DNA of 64,000 nucleotides from Candidatus Omnitrophota bacterium (GTDB lineage Bacteria; Omnitrophota; Gorgyraeia; Zapsychrales; Zapsychraceae): NCBI GenBank assembly GCA_050250375.1, contig JBFWOS010000002.1, positions 205,547 to 269,546 of the forward strand, read 5' to 3'. Shown piece by piece: positions 56,601 to 64,000 of this stretch (position 1 is its first letter; each line of letters starts with the position of its first letter). The notes under the pieces were generated by a model. It saw only the letters and a program-made list of their open reading frames with translations, ran no database searches and was not told where the DNA came from. The position numbers and the translations under genes were made by a program.

Positions 56601-56861
56601 GACGAAAACAACAACGGAAAATACGAAGACGGGGAAAAGACCGTGGCCAGGGCGCGCCTCAAGCTGGACGGACGCGAAGTGGCCGAATCCGATTTTGAAG
56701 GGGTTTATCATTTCTACGACGTCAAACCGGGCGAACATTCCCTCGTGATTGACATCAATTCACTGCCGATGGAATACCTGCCGGTGATCAAGATCAAAAA
56801 TAATATCGACATCCAGGAAGGGACAACCTTCACGTTCCATATTCCGTTAAAGAGAAAATAG
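53658..56861 (+). CDS. large secreted/outer-membrane-associated protein: N-terminal TPR, CpaC/secretin-N-like 'pilus formation' domain, beta-rich core, two C-terminal SdrD-B-like domains
   Basis: Signal peptide; TPR-like helices. EIEFGKSVILHGRQVQQFLVFDPDMLIAQRMDNDSVLITVQQRGSTLFHLWDGQGRWTFNVKV resembles the pilus-formation N-terminal domain of CpaC/RcpA. TITGTVYKDLNRNSKQDADEPGLEGIEIQL and GIFGVFFVDENNNGKYEDGEK SdrD-B-like. Confidence 0.55.
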   Translation: MSVMKRRNKSVIWFLIFNLFSAPCAYGVVDPSYQNFMAEARAAFDNNDYVKALFYIQSAQQADRSSLEPFELSEQIPPLTRHYKSLNFFFNLATKYYYKGDYQSARFYYEKAYAVDPSVPGLQEMADHADRVILGMEPPLFTPREPVFQDIETDPVVAGRLSQEETKQGRRYAVPHNQEVEDIIAKYQGQSPEHKKSVQAVRTPDQEDKIHVLSTTDQTPQQYRKTFIPVAAGRKMPVTQIPRAMEKDTVAKETEYSAYQRKKAVILSKQEERLASTNKETIAAQEMIELDAELWSQQPGTVLEIEFGKSVILHGRQVQQFLVFDPDMLIAQRMDNDSVLITVQQRGSTLFHLWDGQGRWTFNVKGVLPEIQLTKAQMNEDHLEKHVRPFRVSYANNWNSFYLGQSIPELERRNLSFTQWVGVYGETPHGFLDASGNFFKFDESTENTGRTVGLSNANLGPFEDFSIRGWDASKRFSNLSLPGRSFRGILFDSYTLDRNVQFTYLKGQDRANFRQISEGTVEVRKSYIEGGRITLFPDQENKYSINYARGHGEERPKTLKDKVFSVEAVNKFGAVDTHFEVAWDEQDFGELLLTKYEQDDLVFRVNVRDLNPGFKTITSRPSGAGEVGGNIVFEYSPEEYSLSSNLDIYRDRDLANPEKPNSVNYDFGTVFGMPLTDTLSWNNSFFYSNTPQIVSPHESLRFNTTLTKSFEIFNQKTITAFLGGSIQRSRYDRSSSAEYDRMGLSLGVRFPIVKNLNFFSSYDYSWVDVLESGEMSQPNVMNTGLSYYQSFGSKLSGRLSTTYRNEEDTDADFSFLSGTDTLRHNIGFSYRPSPEVEIFMDGSIRNVWRENPEREAYNDADIRVGMRTSWETIFRWDPTATITGTVYKDLNRNSKQDADEPGLEGIEIQLGRKTVKTNYRGRYSSKVRAQEVKVGVNFDSVPKGYSLLSYLMKDIHIENGRTYTIDFGFITRSGIFGVFFVDENNNGKYEDGEKTVARARLKLDGREVAESDFEGVYHFYDVKPGEHSLVIDINSLPMEYLPVIKIKNNIDIQEGTTFTFHIPLKRK

Positions 56862-56863
56862 GT

Positions 56864-57130
56864 TTAACGCGGAACCAGTGTTTTTAAAAGGACGGTTTGA
56901 TTGTCGCGCACGACTTCTTCTTCGAGAAGGTCGAATCCATGTTCGGCGTAATTCAGGGTGTGCTGCGCGCGGGCGGAAGGATTGTCAAAAGGCGGAACAT
57001 TGAAACCCGGAATGGCCGGGATCGTCACCGATATAAAGTAGGTGACCGTGTCCGCTTTCGCGGTGTGGCGGACTGTCACCATCACAAACAGGATGGTCAG
57101 CAAAAAGACCATAATAGATTTTCGAATCAT
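56864..57130 (-). CDS. small secreted hypothetical protein (88 aa)
   Basis: GAGGGG RBS 6 nt upstream (minus strand); signal peptide MIRKSIMVFLLTILFVMVTVRHTAKA. Confidence 0.45.
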   Translation of the reverse strand: MIRKSIMVFLLTILFVMVTVRHTAKADTVTYFISVTIPAIPGFNVPPFDNPSARAQHTLNYAEHGFDLLEEEVVRDNQTVLLKTLVPR

Positions 57131-57162
57131 TTTATGCCCCTCAATCGGGCTCCATTCGGAGC

Positions 57163-57194
57163 CAATAAAAAACCCTCTCCATAGAGGAAGAGGG
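57163..57194 (-). terminator. rho-independent terminator-like hairpin on the minus strand
   Basis: Minus strand reads CCCTCTTCCTCTATGGAGAGGG followed by TTTTTTATT; a second small hairpin GGCTCCGAATGGAGCC follows. Confidence 0.45.
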
Positions 57195-57710
57195 ACATAA
57201 GTTAACGGAAGCGGGAAACAGTAATATTTGTTCCTTTCGCTTACGGCAACCAGACAGCCATACCCTTGCGGGCTTCAGGCTCACGGCTTTGTCCGTATAC
57301 AGATGTATACGACCCATGAACGGGGTCCTCACCTTTCGGAGAGTTTACCAAACGATTTTGAATTTAAAGAACGTGTAAGGAACAGGCATGCTTGTTCCCT
57401 ACAATATTGCTTCCCAAGACAGTGAGAGTATAACACAAAAATACAGAGTGACCAAAGAAGTTAAGAGCCGGAAGGCTGAACCCATCCACACCACTCAACC
57501 CTACATCCAGATCACCAACACCGACTTCACGATCATCATCGGGAAGTTTATTCTAAAGAGAATGGTATTGGGAATTCATAAGTGTATTATTTACAATGAT
57601 TATCGAAGATGATTCACTAAGCAGATTATTTCCTGCCAGTATAAAGTTAATAATTGCACGGGTACCGTTAATATGGTAAGCTTATACCAGACAATAAAGA
57701 AAGAAATGCA

Positions 57711-58001
57711 ATGATTATCAGTTTTAAGACTAAAGCGACACAAGACATTTATGACGGTGTATCCTCAAAGGAGACTCGCAAATTTCCTGATACAATATGG
57801 CGTGTTGCCCAAAGGAAACTTGATATGATTAATGCCGCTGTTGTATTGGCTGACTTAAAAGTACCGCCCGGAAATCGACTGCATCCATTGCAAGGGGACA
57901 AGAAAGGCTATCACAGCATCAGCATAAATGATCAATATCGGATTATTTTTCAATTTCGTGATAGAAACGCGTATGAGGTTGAGATTACGGATTACCATTA
58001 G
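57711..58001 (+). CDS. higB: HigB-type toxin (plasmid-maintenance killer protein, RelE/ParE superfamily)
   Basis: MIISFKTKATQDIYDG...GNRLHPLQGDKKGYHSISINDQYRIIFQFRDRNAYEVEITDYH parallels HigB (...WRLHPLKGDRKGYWSI...WRIVF...DYH). Confidence 0.85.
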   Translation: MIISFKTKATQDIYDGVSSKETRKFPDTIWRVAQRKLDMINAAVVLADLKVPPGNRLHPLQGDKKGYHSISINDQYRIIFQFRDRNAYEVEITDYH

Positions 58002-58004
58002 GAG

Positions 58005-58283
58005 GTGTTTATTATGATTCCAAAGAATCGCATGCCAACACACCCGGGTGAAATTCTCAAGGAGGAATTTTTGGACCCGATGGGTTTACGGCAAAGAGAA
58101 ATTGCGGAAAGAATGAATGTTACTGAACAGAGGATAAACGAATTGGTCAACGGGAAAAGAGGCGTAACTCCCGAAACTGCTATTTTGTTATCCCGTGTTC
58201 TGGGAACCACGGCGGAGTTCTGGATGAATCTGCAAACGGCCTTTGATCTGGCCAAGGCTGAAAAGAAGTTGCTTCATACTTAG
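58005..58283 (+). CDS. higA: HigA-type antitoxin (XRE-family HTH)
   Basis: HPGEILKEEFLDPMGLRQREIAERMNVTEQRINELVNGKRGVTPETAILLSRVLGTTAEFWMNLQ. Confidence 0.85.
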   Translation: MFIMIPKNRMPTHPGEILKEEFLDPMGLRQREIAERMNVTEQRINELVNGKRGVTPETAILLSRVLGTTAEFWMNLQTAFDLAKAEKKLLHT

Positions 58284-58479
58284 TTATTCCCAAGTACGAG
58301 AAAAATATTGTCTGAGAATTTAAGTTCTTGGTGCACAATTTTTCTCCTCAAAGAGAAATCTTGGAGGGGAAGTTTTTTTGCATAGGTATTTGGCCCGATA
58401 AGGTGTTTTTCCGTATAATCCCTTTACACATCCCGCCTTAAATAGTAATATTAATCTAATTCAAATTTTTATATTAACC

Positions 58480-59103
58480 ATGCCTAAACATTTCATTTTA
58501 GCTTTATTCTTCATTTGTTTGATCGTCGCTCCGGTCCGGGCGGCGGAGGAACCGCTGGTGTATTCCGGATTTTTGGGGGATTACGCCAAGTTCAAATCCT
58601 ATCCGCATGAACCCGGTGTTTCCACGGAAACGCACCCAACGCTGGACATGTATGATTACAAGAAGGTCATGATTTCCGATATTGAGGTAAGATTCGCGCC
58701 GGACGTTGATCCTCTCCCGTTGACCCGCCGGCAGGTCAAGGTCCTGCAAGAATCATTACGGCAGAAAACCAGGCAGTTTCTTTCCACCCAATTCGATGTT
58801 GTGCGTGAGCCGGGTGATGATGTGCTGGTCTTCCGTCTGGGGATCACGGATATCGTCCCGCATGATATCCACACCCCGGCCTGGGATCCCAGAAACCCGG
58901 GGCTGATGATCAGTTTCGCGACCATTGAAACAGATTTTGTGGTCTCAACGACCGGAGAACGGATTTTCGCGATCCTGGACGAACGCGCGTCGCGCCGGTA
59001 TCAGGTCATTCTGGGCTCACTGGCCTGGTGGCACACGGATGATTTGTTTACCCAGTGGGGGGATGTATTCCGGGGGATCATCAATGAGCAGTATGGGCGA
59101 TAG
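58480..59103 (+). CDS. secreted hypothetical protein (DUF3313-like?)
   Basis: Signal peptide FFICLIVAPVRAAE; 207 aa; family guess is low confidence. Confidence 0.45.
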   Translation: MPKHFILALFFICLIVAPVRAAEEPLVYSGFLGDYAKFKSYPHEPGVSTETHPTLDMYDYKKVMISDIEVRFAPDVDPLPLTRRQVKVLQESLRQKTRQFLSTQFDVVREPGDDVLVFRLGITDIVPHDIHTPAWDPRNPGLMISFATIETDFVVSTTGERIFAILDERASRRYQVILGSLAWWHTDDLFTQWGDVFRGIINEQYGR

Positions 59104-59500
59104 CCGGCAGAGGATCATTTTTTTTGACGGCGTGTGCGGGCTGTGCAACACGTTCGCCGACTGGGTCATCAAACGCGATTCGAAAAATATTTTTTTATTC
59201 GCCCCGATCCAGGGGCAGACCGCCAAAGAAAAGCTGGGGCCGCTCCCGGAGAATTCCGACGAATGGAGCATCATCTATTCCAACCGGGACCAGGAAATAA
59301 AATACGCCTCCACCGCCGTGCTCGATATTCTGCGTGACATGGGAGGCGGATGGAAAATCCTGTCCGGATTTTCCGTATTACCGGTTTCGTTTCGCGATTG
59401 GGTTTACCGGTTTATTGCCAAACGGCGTTACCGCTGGTTCAAAAAAAGAGATGTGTGCCGGATCCCGACCCAGGAAGAACGGCACAAATTCTTGCCTTAA
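59084..59500 (+). CDS. DCC-family thiol-disulfide oxidoreductase (DUF393)
   Basis: RIIFFDGVCGLCNTFADWVIKRD is the signature CxxC of the DCC family; start at ATG 59084 overlapping the previous gene. Confidence 0.75.
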   Translation: MSSMGDSRQRIIFFDGVCGLCNTFADWVIKRDSKNIFLFAPIQGQTAKEKLGPLPENSDEWSIIYSNRDQEIKYASTAVLDILRDMGGGWKILSGFSVLPVSFRDWVYRFIAKRRYRWFKKRDVCRIPTQEERHKFLP

Positions 59501-59506
59501 TCAAGC

Positions 59507-61747
59507 ATGGACAATACACAGACCCGACCAAAAATCATCGCGATCATGTCCGTTATTTTCCTCTGGGGGATGTTGATTTACGCCAACTCGGTCAACGGCC
59601 GTTTCCAGTTTGACGATTATCCCGTGATCGTCCATAATCCTGTAATCCGGACAACCCATTTAGGTGAACTGTGGAATTCGGTGCGGCATCCGACGCGGTT
59701 TCTCGCCTACGTGACCTTCGCCCTGAATTACCGGCTGAACGGCCTGGACCCGGCGGGTTATCACATCGTCAATATCCTGATCCATCTCATCAACGCGGTC
59801 CTGGTTTTCCAGCTGATCCGACTGATCTTTCAAACACCCTGGATCAAGAAAAACTGGAAGAACCAAAACGGCACAACCATCGCGGCAGTCTGCGCGTTGT
59901 TGTTTGTCAGCCATCCGGTCCAGACCGAAAGCGTGACATACATCACCCAGCGGTTCACCTCGCTGGCGGTGTTTTTTTATCTGGCTTCTTTATGTTTTTT
60001 TCTTGCCGGCCGGTTAAAGGCAGGATTGAATAAAAACAAGGCGTTCCTGTTTTTTGTCCTGAGCGGCGTGTGCGCGGCAGGAGGGATGCTGACCAAACAG
60101 ATCACACTCACCCTGCCGCTGATGATTTTATTATCAGAGTGGATGTTCTTTGAGCGCTCCTCCAAACAGACGTGGCTGCGGCTGACCGTCCCGGCCGTAT
60201 TATTTTTTCTGCTGATCCCGGGGATGTACCTGTTTGATGCCGCGGGTATATTGTCGATCACCCATGATTCGGGTTCACACCGGGGTGATCTGATCACGAG
60301 CCAATCGTACGCCCTGACCCAGCCGCGCGTGGTCATGACGTATCTGCGCTTACTAGTTTTTCCGGTCAACCAGAACCTGCTCTATGATTTTCGGATTTCT
60401 GAACGTCTGTCCGACGCGAAGACCTTATTGAGTCTCGTTTCGATTGTGTTTTTATTTCTGGGAGGATTGCGGTTATACAAAGTCAACCGTTTGTATTCGT
60501 TCGGGATCTTCTGGTTCCTGATTACCCTGATGGTTGAATCAACAGTCATTCCGATCCGGCATGTGATCTTTGAACACAGGGTTTATCTACCGTCTGTCGG
60601 ATTTTTTCTGGCAGCCGCCGTGCTGTTATTCCGGTTAACCGAAAAGAGAAACGTATTTGTTCCGGCGGGCGTAATTATTGTTTTGATCTTTTCTGTCCTG
60701 ACGGTCAAACGCAACCTGGTCTGGAAAGACGGGGTGACGATGTGGCAGGACGTTGTCCGCAAATCACCGGGGCAGGCGCGGCCGTATTACAATCTGGGAT
60801 ACGAATATTTAAAGAGCCGTGACCTGGATCCGGCCCTGCAGAATTTCTCAAAGGCGCTGGAAATCAACCCGGAATATTTCGACGCCTACAACAACCGCAG
60901 CCAGGTTTACTTTGATCTTGGCAAACTGGACAAGGCCTTTGAAGATATCAGCCGGGCCATCCGCCTTAACGATCAACGGGCAGAGGCCTACCTGAACCGC
61001 GGGATGATCATCCGGCAGATGGGGCAATATGAACCGGCCATTCAGGATTTCAGCCGGGCGATCAGTCTCGACCCGCAAAATTATATTTATTACACCAACC
61101 GCGGGATGGCCTACGGCAATACCGGGCAATATGGTCTGGCCTTAAATGATTTGAACAAGGCGCTGGAATTGAACCCGGAATACGCCCGGGCGTATAATAT
61201 CCGCGGGGCGGTTCACCTGTCGTTAGCGAAGCGGACAGAAGCCCTGGAAGATTTTAATAGGGCGGTCCGTTTCGGCGTCAACGATCCGGATGTGTACCGC
61301 AACCGCGCCCGTTTGCTGCAGGACAGCGGCGAGTACGATCTGGCGAGCCGGGATCTGAATAAAGTGATTGAACTGAGGCCCGATGATCTTGATTCGTATT
61401 TAAACCGGGCCTATCTTTTAACCAAAGTGAATAAACTGGACGAGGCCTTAAACGATTATAACCGGATCCTCGCGAAAGATCCGTCCCAGTCGCAGATTTA
61501 TATGGAAAAGGGGAAGATCTATTACCGTCTCCAGCAGTACCGCCGGGCCGCGGATGAATTCGACCACGCGTTAAAACAGTCCCCGGACAACGCGTCGGGT
61601 TATTTGCTGAAGGGACTGTGCCATTATGAACTCAAACAATACCAGCAGGCGTTGTCGGATGTCAACCGGGCGAAAGAGCTCGGACATCCGGTCGATGAGA
61701 ATTATTTAATCCGTATCAGGAACGCCATGGGCCGTCCTTCATCATGA
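59507..61747 (+). CDS. DUF1736/TMTC-like membrane protein with long C-terminal TPR array (paralogue 3)
   Basis: RFQFDDYPV, GYHIVNILIHLINAVLVF, HPVQTESVTYITQRFTSLAVFFYL; about 9 TPRs. Confidence 0.7.
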   Translation: MDNTQTRPKIIAIMSVIFLWGMLIYANSVNGRFQFDDYPVIVHNPVIRTTHLGELWNSVRHPTRFLAYVTFALNYRLNGLDPAGYHIVNILIHLINAVLVFQLIRLIFQTPWIKKNWKNQNGTTIAAVCALLFVSHPVQTESVTYITQRFTSLAVFFYLASLCFFLAGRLKAGLNKNKAFLFFVLSGVCAAGGMLTKQITLTLPLMILLSEWMFFERSSKQTWLRLTVPAVLFFLLIPGMYLFDAAGILSITHDSGSHRGDLITSQSYALTQPRVVMTYLRLLVFPVNQNLLYDFRISERLSDAKTLLSLVSIVFLFLGGLRLYKVNRLYSFGIFWFLITLMVESTVIPIRHVIFEHRVYLPSVGFFLAAAVLLFRLTEKRNVFVPAGVIIVLIFSVLTVKRNLVWKDGVTMWQDVVRKSPGQARPYYNLGYEYLKSRDLDPALQNFSKALEINPEYFDAYNNRSQVYFDLGKLDKAFEDISRAIRLNDQRAEAYLNRGMIIRQMGQYEPAIQDFSRAISLDPQNYIYYTNRGMAYGNTGQYGLALNDLNKALELNPEYARAYNIRGAVHLSLAKRTEALEDFNRAVRFGVNDPDVYRNRARLLQDSGEYDLASRDLNKVIELRPDDLDSYLNRAYLLTKVNKLDEALNDYNRILAKDPSQSQIYMEKGKIYYRLQQYRRAADEFDHALKQSPDNASGYLLKGLCHYELKQYQQALSDVNRAKELGHPVDENYLIRIRNAMGRPSS

Positions 61748-63690
61748 ATTTCATTGATAAATACAGACATATCCTTTCGTTGTTGATTGTGCTGGTCCTG
61801 GGAGGACTGATTTACACCAATTCCCTGAACGGCCCGCCGATGTTTGATGATATCGGGTATATCAGCGGCAATGACAAGATCCGGGACATCCGGGATATCC
61901 GCTCGATCTGGAAGGCGTGGAAACATCCATCGCGGTTCGTCGGTTATTTGACCTTCGCGCTGAATTATCATGTCCACAAGATGGACGTGTTCGGGTATCA
62001 TCTGGTCAATGTGCTGATCCATCTGACGAACACCCTGATGGTCTGGCTGCTGGTCGGGCTGATGTTTCAAACGCCCCGGTTAAGAGATGACCCGCTGTTG
62101 AAACAGCGGCATCTGATCGCGTGGATAACGGCCCTGCTGTTTGCCGTCCACCCGATGCAGACGCAGGCCGTTTCGTACATGGCACAGCGGTTTGCCTCGC
62201 TGGCGACGCTGTTTTATCTGACGGGGGTTTATTTTTACGTCCGTGGGCGGATGTCCTCCCAAAAAAGTTTCTTGTTTTTTTTCATCGCGGGATTAAGCGC
62301 CTTGCTGGGCATGTTTACCAAACAGATCACGATAACCTTGCCGGTCACCGCCTTATTATTTGACGTCTTGCTGATCCGCAAAAGAGAAGATCCGGTCCGG
62401 ATCAACCGTAAAGTTGCCGGCGGACTTTTTCTTTTTTTGTTAATTGTCCCGTCCATATTTTCATTCAACGTCATCGGGATTTTGTCGATCCGGCATTCTT
62501 CGGGTTCAAACGAAGGGGATACCCTGACAAATATCTCGTATTTGCTGACGCAGTTCCGGGTGATCTGCACATACCTTAAATTGATGTTTTTTCCGATCGG
62601 GCAGAATCTGCTTTATGAATTTTCCGCGTCGTATTCCATTTTTGAGACCAGGACGTTCTGGTGTTTTCTGGGTTTGCTGGGCATTTTTTTCAGCGGGGTC
62701 CGGTGCCTGCGGACGAACATCCTGATGGCCCTGGGGATATTCTGGTTTTTTATAACCCTGTCGGTTGAGTCCTCGATCATTGTCATCAAACATGTCATCT
62801 TTGAACACCGGATGTACCTGCCGTCGTTCGGTTTTTTTCTGTTTTGCGCGGCGGCCCTGGCCGGGATGTTCCGGTCGCCTAAAAAATGCGTTGTTACGGT
62901 CTGTGTGATCGGCCTGACATTGTCTTATCTGACGTATAAGAGAAATGCCGTCTGGTCGGATGATATCGCGATGTGGGAGGATGTCATTCAGAAATCCCCG
63001 GGAGAGTCCCGAGGTTATATGAACCTCGGTAATGCGTACATGGAACGGGCAGAGTGGGAAACGGCGCTGAAATTTTTGACCCAGGCCATTGAATGCAATC
63101 CGAGAAATTACGCGGCCTACAGCAACCGGGGCATGGCTTTTTTTGCCAGCGGCCATCCGCACAAAGCGATCGGGGATTTTAACCAGGCCCTGGACGTGAA
63201 AGATGATTATGCCGAGGCGTATATCAACCGGGGGAATTATTACAGTTATATCAAGGACTACAAAAAGGCGATCGCGGATTATGACAAAGCGATCAGTTTA
63301 AATCCGGCTTCAGAGGAGGCTGTGTTGAACCGCGGGAACAAATATTTCCGGCTGAAGGACTTCGACGCCGCCCTGGCGGATTACACGCGGTCCGTGGAAT
63401 TAAGCCCGAATTTTGTCCAGGGGTACACCAGCCGCGCCGAAGTGTACACGTATCTCAAACAGTTTGATCTGGCCCTGGACGATTACAACCGGGCGCTCGT
63501 TCTGGATGACCGTGATCCGGCCGCGTTCTACGGACGGGGAAATGTTTACTTTAAAATGGGTGATTTACATTTGGCCCTGGATGACTATAATAAAGTTTTG
63601 GAAATCAGCCCGCAGCACAAAAAAGCCAGGGTTCAGAAAGAGAAATTGATTTATTTTCTCAACAAGAAAAAAACCGGCCCGGTCCGGTAA
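61744..63690 (+). CDS. DUF1736/TMTC-like membrane protein with C-terminal TPR array (paralogue 4)
   Basis: PPMFDDIGY, GYHLVNVLIHLTNTLMVW, HPMQTQAVSYMAQRFASLATLFYL; TPRs; 4-nt overlap with paralogue 3. Confidence 0.7.
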   Translation: MNFIDKYRHILSLLIVLVLGGLIYTNSLNGPPMFDDIGYISGNDKIRDIRDIRSIWKAWKHPSRFVGYLTFALNYHVHKMDVFGYHLVNVLIHLTNTLMVWLLVGLMFQTPRLRDDPLLKQRHLIAWITALLFAVHPMQTQAVSYMAQRFASLATLFYLTGVYFYVRGRMSSQKSFLFFFIAGLSALLGMFTKQITITLPVTALLFDVLLIRKREDPVRINRKVAGGLFLFLLIVPSIFSFNVIGILSIRHSSGSNEGDTLTNISYLLTQFRVICTYLKLMFFPIGQNLLYEFSASYSIFETRTFWCFLGLLGIFFSGVRCLRTNILMALGIFWFFITLSVESSIIVIKHVIFEHRMYLPSFGFFLFCAAALAGMFRSPKKCVVTVCVIGLTLSYLTYKRNAVWSDDIAMWEDVIQKSPGESRGYMNLGNAYMERAEWETALKFLTQAIECNPRNYAAYSNRGMAFFASGHPHKAIGDFNQALDVKDDYAEAYINRGNYYSYIKDYKKAIADYDKAISLNPASEEAVLNRGNKYFRLKDFDAALADYTRSVELSPNFVQGYTSRAEVYTYLKQFDLALDDYNRALVLDDRDPAAFYGRGNVYFKMGDLHLALDDYNKVLEISPQHKKARVQKEKLIYFLNKKKTGPVR

Positions 63691-63704
63691 CGTTTAATCT
63701 GCCT

Positions 63705-64000
63705 ATGAAACCCGAACACCGAAAATATATTCTCCAGCATCTTGATACACAGTCAGCCAAAGAGATCGCCGCCCGTCTGAATATAAAAGAACGCACGGTC
63801 CAGCGCCTGATCGATCATCAGCAGGATAAAGCGAGCGGGACACAGCAGAAAATCCAGCAGGAAGAAAAGAAAAAAAACAGCATCAAATGGCGGCTGGTGT
63901 TTATCATGATGATGTGCGGGTTCCTCGTTTATTCCAACAGCCTGAAAGGGGAATTTATCTGGGACGATAATATCCTGATCCGCAATAACACCGATATCCG
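63705..64000 (+). CDS. DUF1736/TMTC-like membrane protein, paralogue 5 (3'-truncated by window edge) with N-terminal HTH-like extension
   Basis: MKPEHRKYILQHLDTQSAKEIAARLNIKERTVQRLIDH (sigma-70 region-4-like HTH) then TM helix and EFIWDDNILIRNN loop motif; runs off the window. Confidence 0.55.
   Translation, partial: MKPEHRKYILQHLDTQSAKEIAARLNIKERTVQRLIDHQQDKASGTQQKIQQEEKKKNSIKWRLVFIMMMCGFLVYSNSLKGEFIWDDNILIRNNTDI

Noticed and set aside
57200-57650. Possible RNase P RNA, suggested by an ACCAGACAG 9-mer resembling the E. coli M1 RNA 5' region
   Set aside because: No other conserved RNase P elements (P4 GGAAAGUCCGGGCUCC/AGGGCAGG, ACAGAACCCGGCUUA 3' region) are present on either strand, so the short match is judged coincidental. 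Also no tmRNA or SRP signatures.
1-64000. CRISPR arrays, rRNA genes, IS elements/transposases
   Set aside because: No regularly spaced direct repeats, no rRNA-like conserved stretches and no DDE/transposase-like ORFs were seen anywhere in the window.

Overview
This 64 kb window looks like a bacterial chromosome of roughly 50% GC, possibly from an uncultivated lineage; PEP-CTERM proteins, giant ORFs and expanded TPR membrane proteins are suggestive only. Genes are mostly on the + strand.

The 5' third is core housekeeping: recG 3' end, rsmD, coaD, yceD-rpmF-plsX-fabH-fabD, and later serS and tRNA-Ser. The fab operon is unusual. A four-helix-bundle gene sits between fabH and fabD. Downstream, a local AT-rich module encodes an HTH protein, a FabZ-like hotdog protein, a KAS-II-type ketosynthase and a homologue of cyanobacterial long-chain acyl-ACP reductase (AAR). 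Two signalling operons (7TM histidine kinase, receiver, HD-GYP) follow it.

The middle of the window, 21.5-33.8 kb, is an accessory island. It holds an MNT/HEPN pair, a ~2800-aa secreted TcB/TcC-RHS fusion protein and a small overlapping downstream gene that is a candidate immunity protein. The fusion protein has a SpvB domain, a beta-propeller, a TcdB-mid region, YD repeats and an RHS core with a DPxGH autoproteolysis motif. It also carries two FN3 domains and a ~450-aa insert, and ends in a glycine-zipper C-terminal toxin region. Flanking it are a VapC remnant, two Phd-VapC pairs and an LTD/PEP-CTERM protein.

The 3' third contains five paralogues of a DUF1736/TMTC-like GT-C-fold membrane protein with C-terminal TPR repeats, arranged as two tandem arrays. 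Between the arrays lie a signal peptidase I gene, a secreted glutaredoxin-like gene, an M50 protease gene and a DCC thiol-disulfide oxidoreductase gene. Also between the arrays are a HigBA module and an operon of secreted proteins ending in a 1067-aa TPR / CpaC-N-like / SdrD-B-like envelope protein. No CRISPR array, rRNA or obvious IS element was seen.
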